Positions 17,745-20,000 of a stretch of DNA of 20,000 nt are shown piece by piece. This DNA is from Vairimorpha necatrix (Eukaryota): positions 1,049,814 to 1,069,813 of the forward strand of contig CP142735.1 in NCBI GenBank assembly GCA_036630325.1. The letters are read 5' to 3'. Position numbers and translations under genes: made by a program. The number at the start of each line of letters is the position of its first letter. Position 1 is the stretch's first letter. The notes under the pieces were generated by a model that was given only the letters and a program-made list of their open reading frames with translations, did no database searches and had not been told where the DNA came from.

Positions 17745-20000
17745 TTAGGTTAGGTAGGTTAGGTAAGTTAGGTAGGTAGGTTAGGTAGGTAGGTTAGGTA
17801 GGTGGTAGGTAGGTAGGTTAGGTAGGTAGGTAGGTAGGTGGTAGGGTGGTAGGTAGGGTAGGTAGGTAGGTAGGTAGGTAGGTTAGGTAGGTTAGGTAGA
17901 TAGGTAGGTTAGGTAGGTAGGTTAGGTAGGTAGGTTAGGTAGGTTAGGTTAGGTAGGTAGGTTAGGTAGGTTAGGTAGGTTAGGTAGGTTAGGTAGTAGG
18001 TTAGGTTAGGTTAGGTAGGTAGGTTAGGTAGGTTAGGTAGGTTAGGTTAGGTTAGGTAGGTTAGGTAGGTAGGTTAGGTTAGGTAGGTTAGGTAGGTAGG
18101 TTAGGTAGGTAGGTTAGGTTAGGTAGGTTAGGTTAGGTAGGTTAGGTAGGTTAGGTAGGTTAGGTTAGGTAGGTTAGGTAGGTTAGGTAGGTTAGGTAGG
18201 TTAGTAGGTTAGGTTAGGTTAGGTAGGTTAGGTAGGTAGGTAGGTTAGGTAGGTTAGGTTAGGTTTAGGTTGGTGGTAGGTGGTTAGGTAGGTAGGTTAG
18301 GTAGGTTAGGTAGGTTGGTGGTGGTAGGTTAGGTAGGTTAGGTTGGTTAGGTTAGGTAGGTTGGTAGGTTAGGTAGGTTAGGTAGGTTAGGTAGGTTAGG
18401 TAGGTAGGTAGGTTAGGTAGGTTAGGTTAGGTAGGTAGGTAGGTAGGTAGGTTAGGTAGGTAGGTAGGTAGGTAGGTTAGGTAGGTTAGGTTAGGTAGGT
18501 AGGTAGGTAGGTTAGGTAGGTAGGTAGGTAGGTTAGGTTAGGTAGGTAGGTAGGTTAGGTAGGTAGGTTAGGTAGGTAGGTAGGTAGGTTAGGTAGGTTA
18601 GGTAGGTTAGGTAGGTTAGGTAGGTAGGTAGGTTAGGTAGGTTAGGTAGGTTAGGTAGGTTAGGTAGGTAGGTAGGTAGGTAGGTTAGGTAGGTTAGGTT
18701 AGGTAGGTAGGTTAGGTAGGTAGGTTAGGTAGGTTAGGTAGGTTAGGTTAGGTAGGTTAGGTAGGTTAGGTAGGTAGGTAGGTTAGGTAGGTAGGTTAGG
18801 TAGGTAGGTTAGGTAGGTAGGTAGGTAGGTAGGTAGGTTAGGTAGGTAGGTTAGGTAGGTAGGTTAGGTAGGTTAGGTAGGTAGGTAGGTAGGTTAGGTA
18901 GGTAGGTAGGTAGGTTAGGTAGGTTAGGTAGGTAGGTTAGGTAGGTAGGTTAGGTAGGTAGGTAGGTAGGTAGGTTAGGTAGGTAGGTTAGGTTAGGTAG
19001 GTTAGGTTAGGTAGGTTAGGTAGGTTAGGTAGGTAGGTAGGTTAGGTAGGTAGGTTAGGTAGGTAGGTTAGGTAGGTAGGTTAGGTAGGTAGGTAGGTTA
19101 GGTTAGGTTAGGTAGGTTAGGTAGGTAGGTAGGTTAGGTTAGGTAGGTTAGGTAGGTAGGTAGGTAGGTAGGTAGGTTAGGTAGGTTAGGTAGGTAGGTA
19201 GGTAGGTAGGTAGGTTAGGTTAGGTAGGTTAGGTTAGGTAGGTAGGTAGGTTAGGTTAGGTAGGTAGGTTAGGTTAGGTAGGTTAGGTTAGGTTAGGTAG
19301 GTAGGTTAGGTAGGTTAGGTAGGTAGGTAGGTAGGTAGGTAGGTTAGGTAGGTAGGTAGGTAGGTAGGTAGGTTAGGTAGGTTAGGTTAGGTAGGTTAGG
19401 TAGGTTAGGTAGGTTAGGTAGGTAGGTAGGTTAGGTAGGTAGGTTAGGTAGGTAGGTTAGGTTAGGTAGGTTAGGTAGGTTAGGTTAGGTAGGTTAGGTA
19501 GGTAGGTAGGTAGGTTAGGTAGGTTAGGTAGGTAGGTAGGTAGGTTAGGTAGGTTAGGTAGGTAGGTTAGGTAGGTAGGTTAGGTAGGTAGGTAGGTAGG
19601 TAGGTTAGGTAGGTTAGGTAGGTTAGGTAGGTAGGTAGGTAGGTAGGTTAGGTAGGTAGGTAGGTAGGTAGGTTAGGTAGGTAGGTAGGTTAGGTAGGTA
19701 GGTAGGTTAGGTAGGTAGGTAGGTAGGTAGGTTAGGTAGGTTAGGTAGGTAGGTAGGTAGGTAGGTTAGGTAGGTTAGGTAGGTTAGGTAGGTTAGGTAG
19801 GTAGGTAGGTAGGTTAGGTAGGTAGGTTAGGTAGGTAGGTAGGTAGGTTAGGTAGGTAGGTTAGGTAGGTTAGGTAGGTAGGTAGGTTAGGTAGGTTAGG
19901 TAGGTAGGTAGGTAGGTAGGTAGGTAGGTAGGTAGGTAGGTTAGGTAGGTTAGGTAGGTAGGTAGGTAGGTAGGTTAGGTAGGTAGGTAGGTTAGGTAGG
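17745..20000 (+). repeat. Telomeric repeat array T(1-2)AGG: irregular mix of TTAGG and TAGG, at least 2.25 kb
   Basis: An uninterrupted G-rich strand runs 5'->3' to the window end, the orientation expected of a right chromosome end. Variant units (TGG, TAGGG, TAAG, TAGA, TTGG, TTTAGG) are confined to the proximal ~620 bp. Confidence 0.92.

Noticed and set aside
18886-19614. About 99-nt identical unit pattern at ~18886-18984 and ~19516-19614, suggesting a higher-order repeat
   Set aside because: With two unit types and biased transitions, a ~23-unit match is not clearly above chance. A Markov simulation would be needed.
17745-20000. CRISPR array or coding interpretation of the terminal repeats
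   Set aside because: There are no unique spacers, and TAG stops occur in all + frames. It is a simple G-rich telomere-type array.

Overview
This is an AT-rich eukaryotic chromosome end, most consistent with a microsporidian-type genome (inference from the retroelement style, CCC-like motif before ATG and TTAGG-type telomere). Three Ty3/gypsy LTR retrotransposons lie on the + strand, all pointing at a telomeric array of mixed TTAGG/TAGG repeats (17745 to the window end). Element A (<1-3889) is compact but canonical: gag-PR-RT-RH-IN, 168-bp LTR, one frameshift in integrase. Elements B (11199-14339, nearly intact) and C (14442-17584, decayed) form a distinct ~3.14-kb family and are the main candidate for novelty. 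They have LTRs of only 49 and 38 bp, 5-bp TATAW target-site duplications, a PBS abutting the LTR, the gag ATG inside the LTR, a very short Gag and no protease domain. Between A and B is a ~7-kb AT-rich spacer with a small fold-back element and probable relics of an RLE-type non-LTR retrotransposon. No intact host gene is recognisable.
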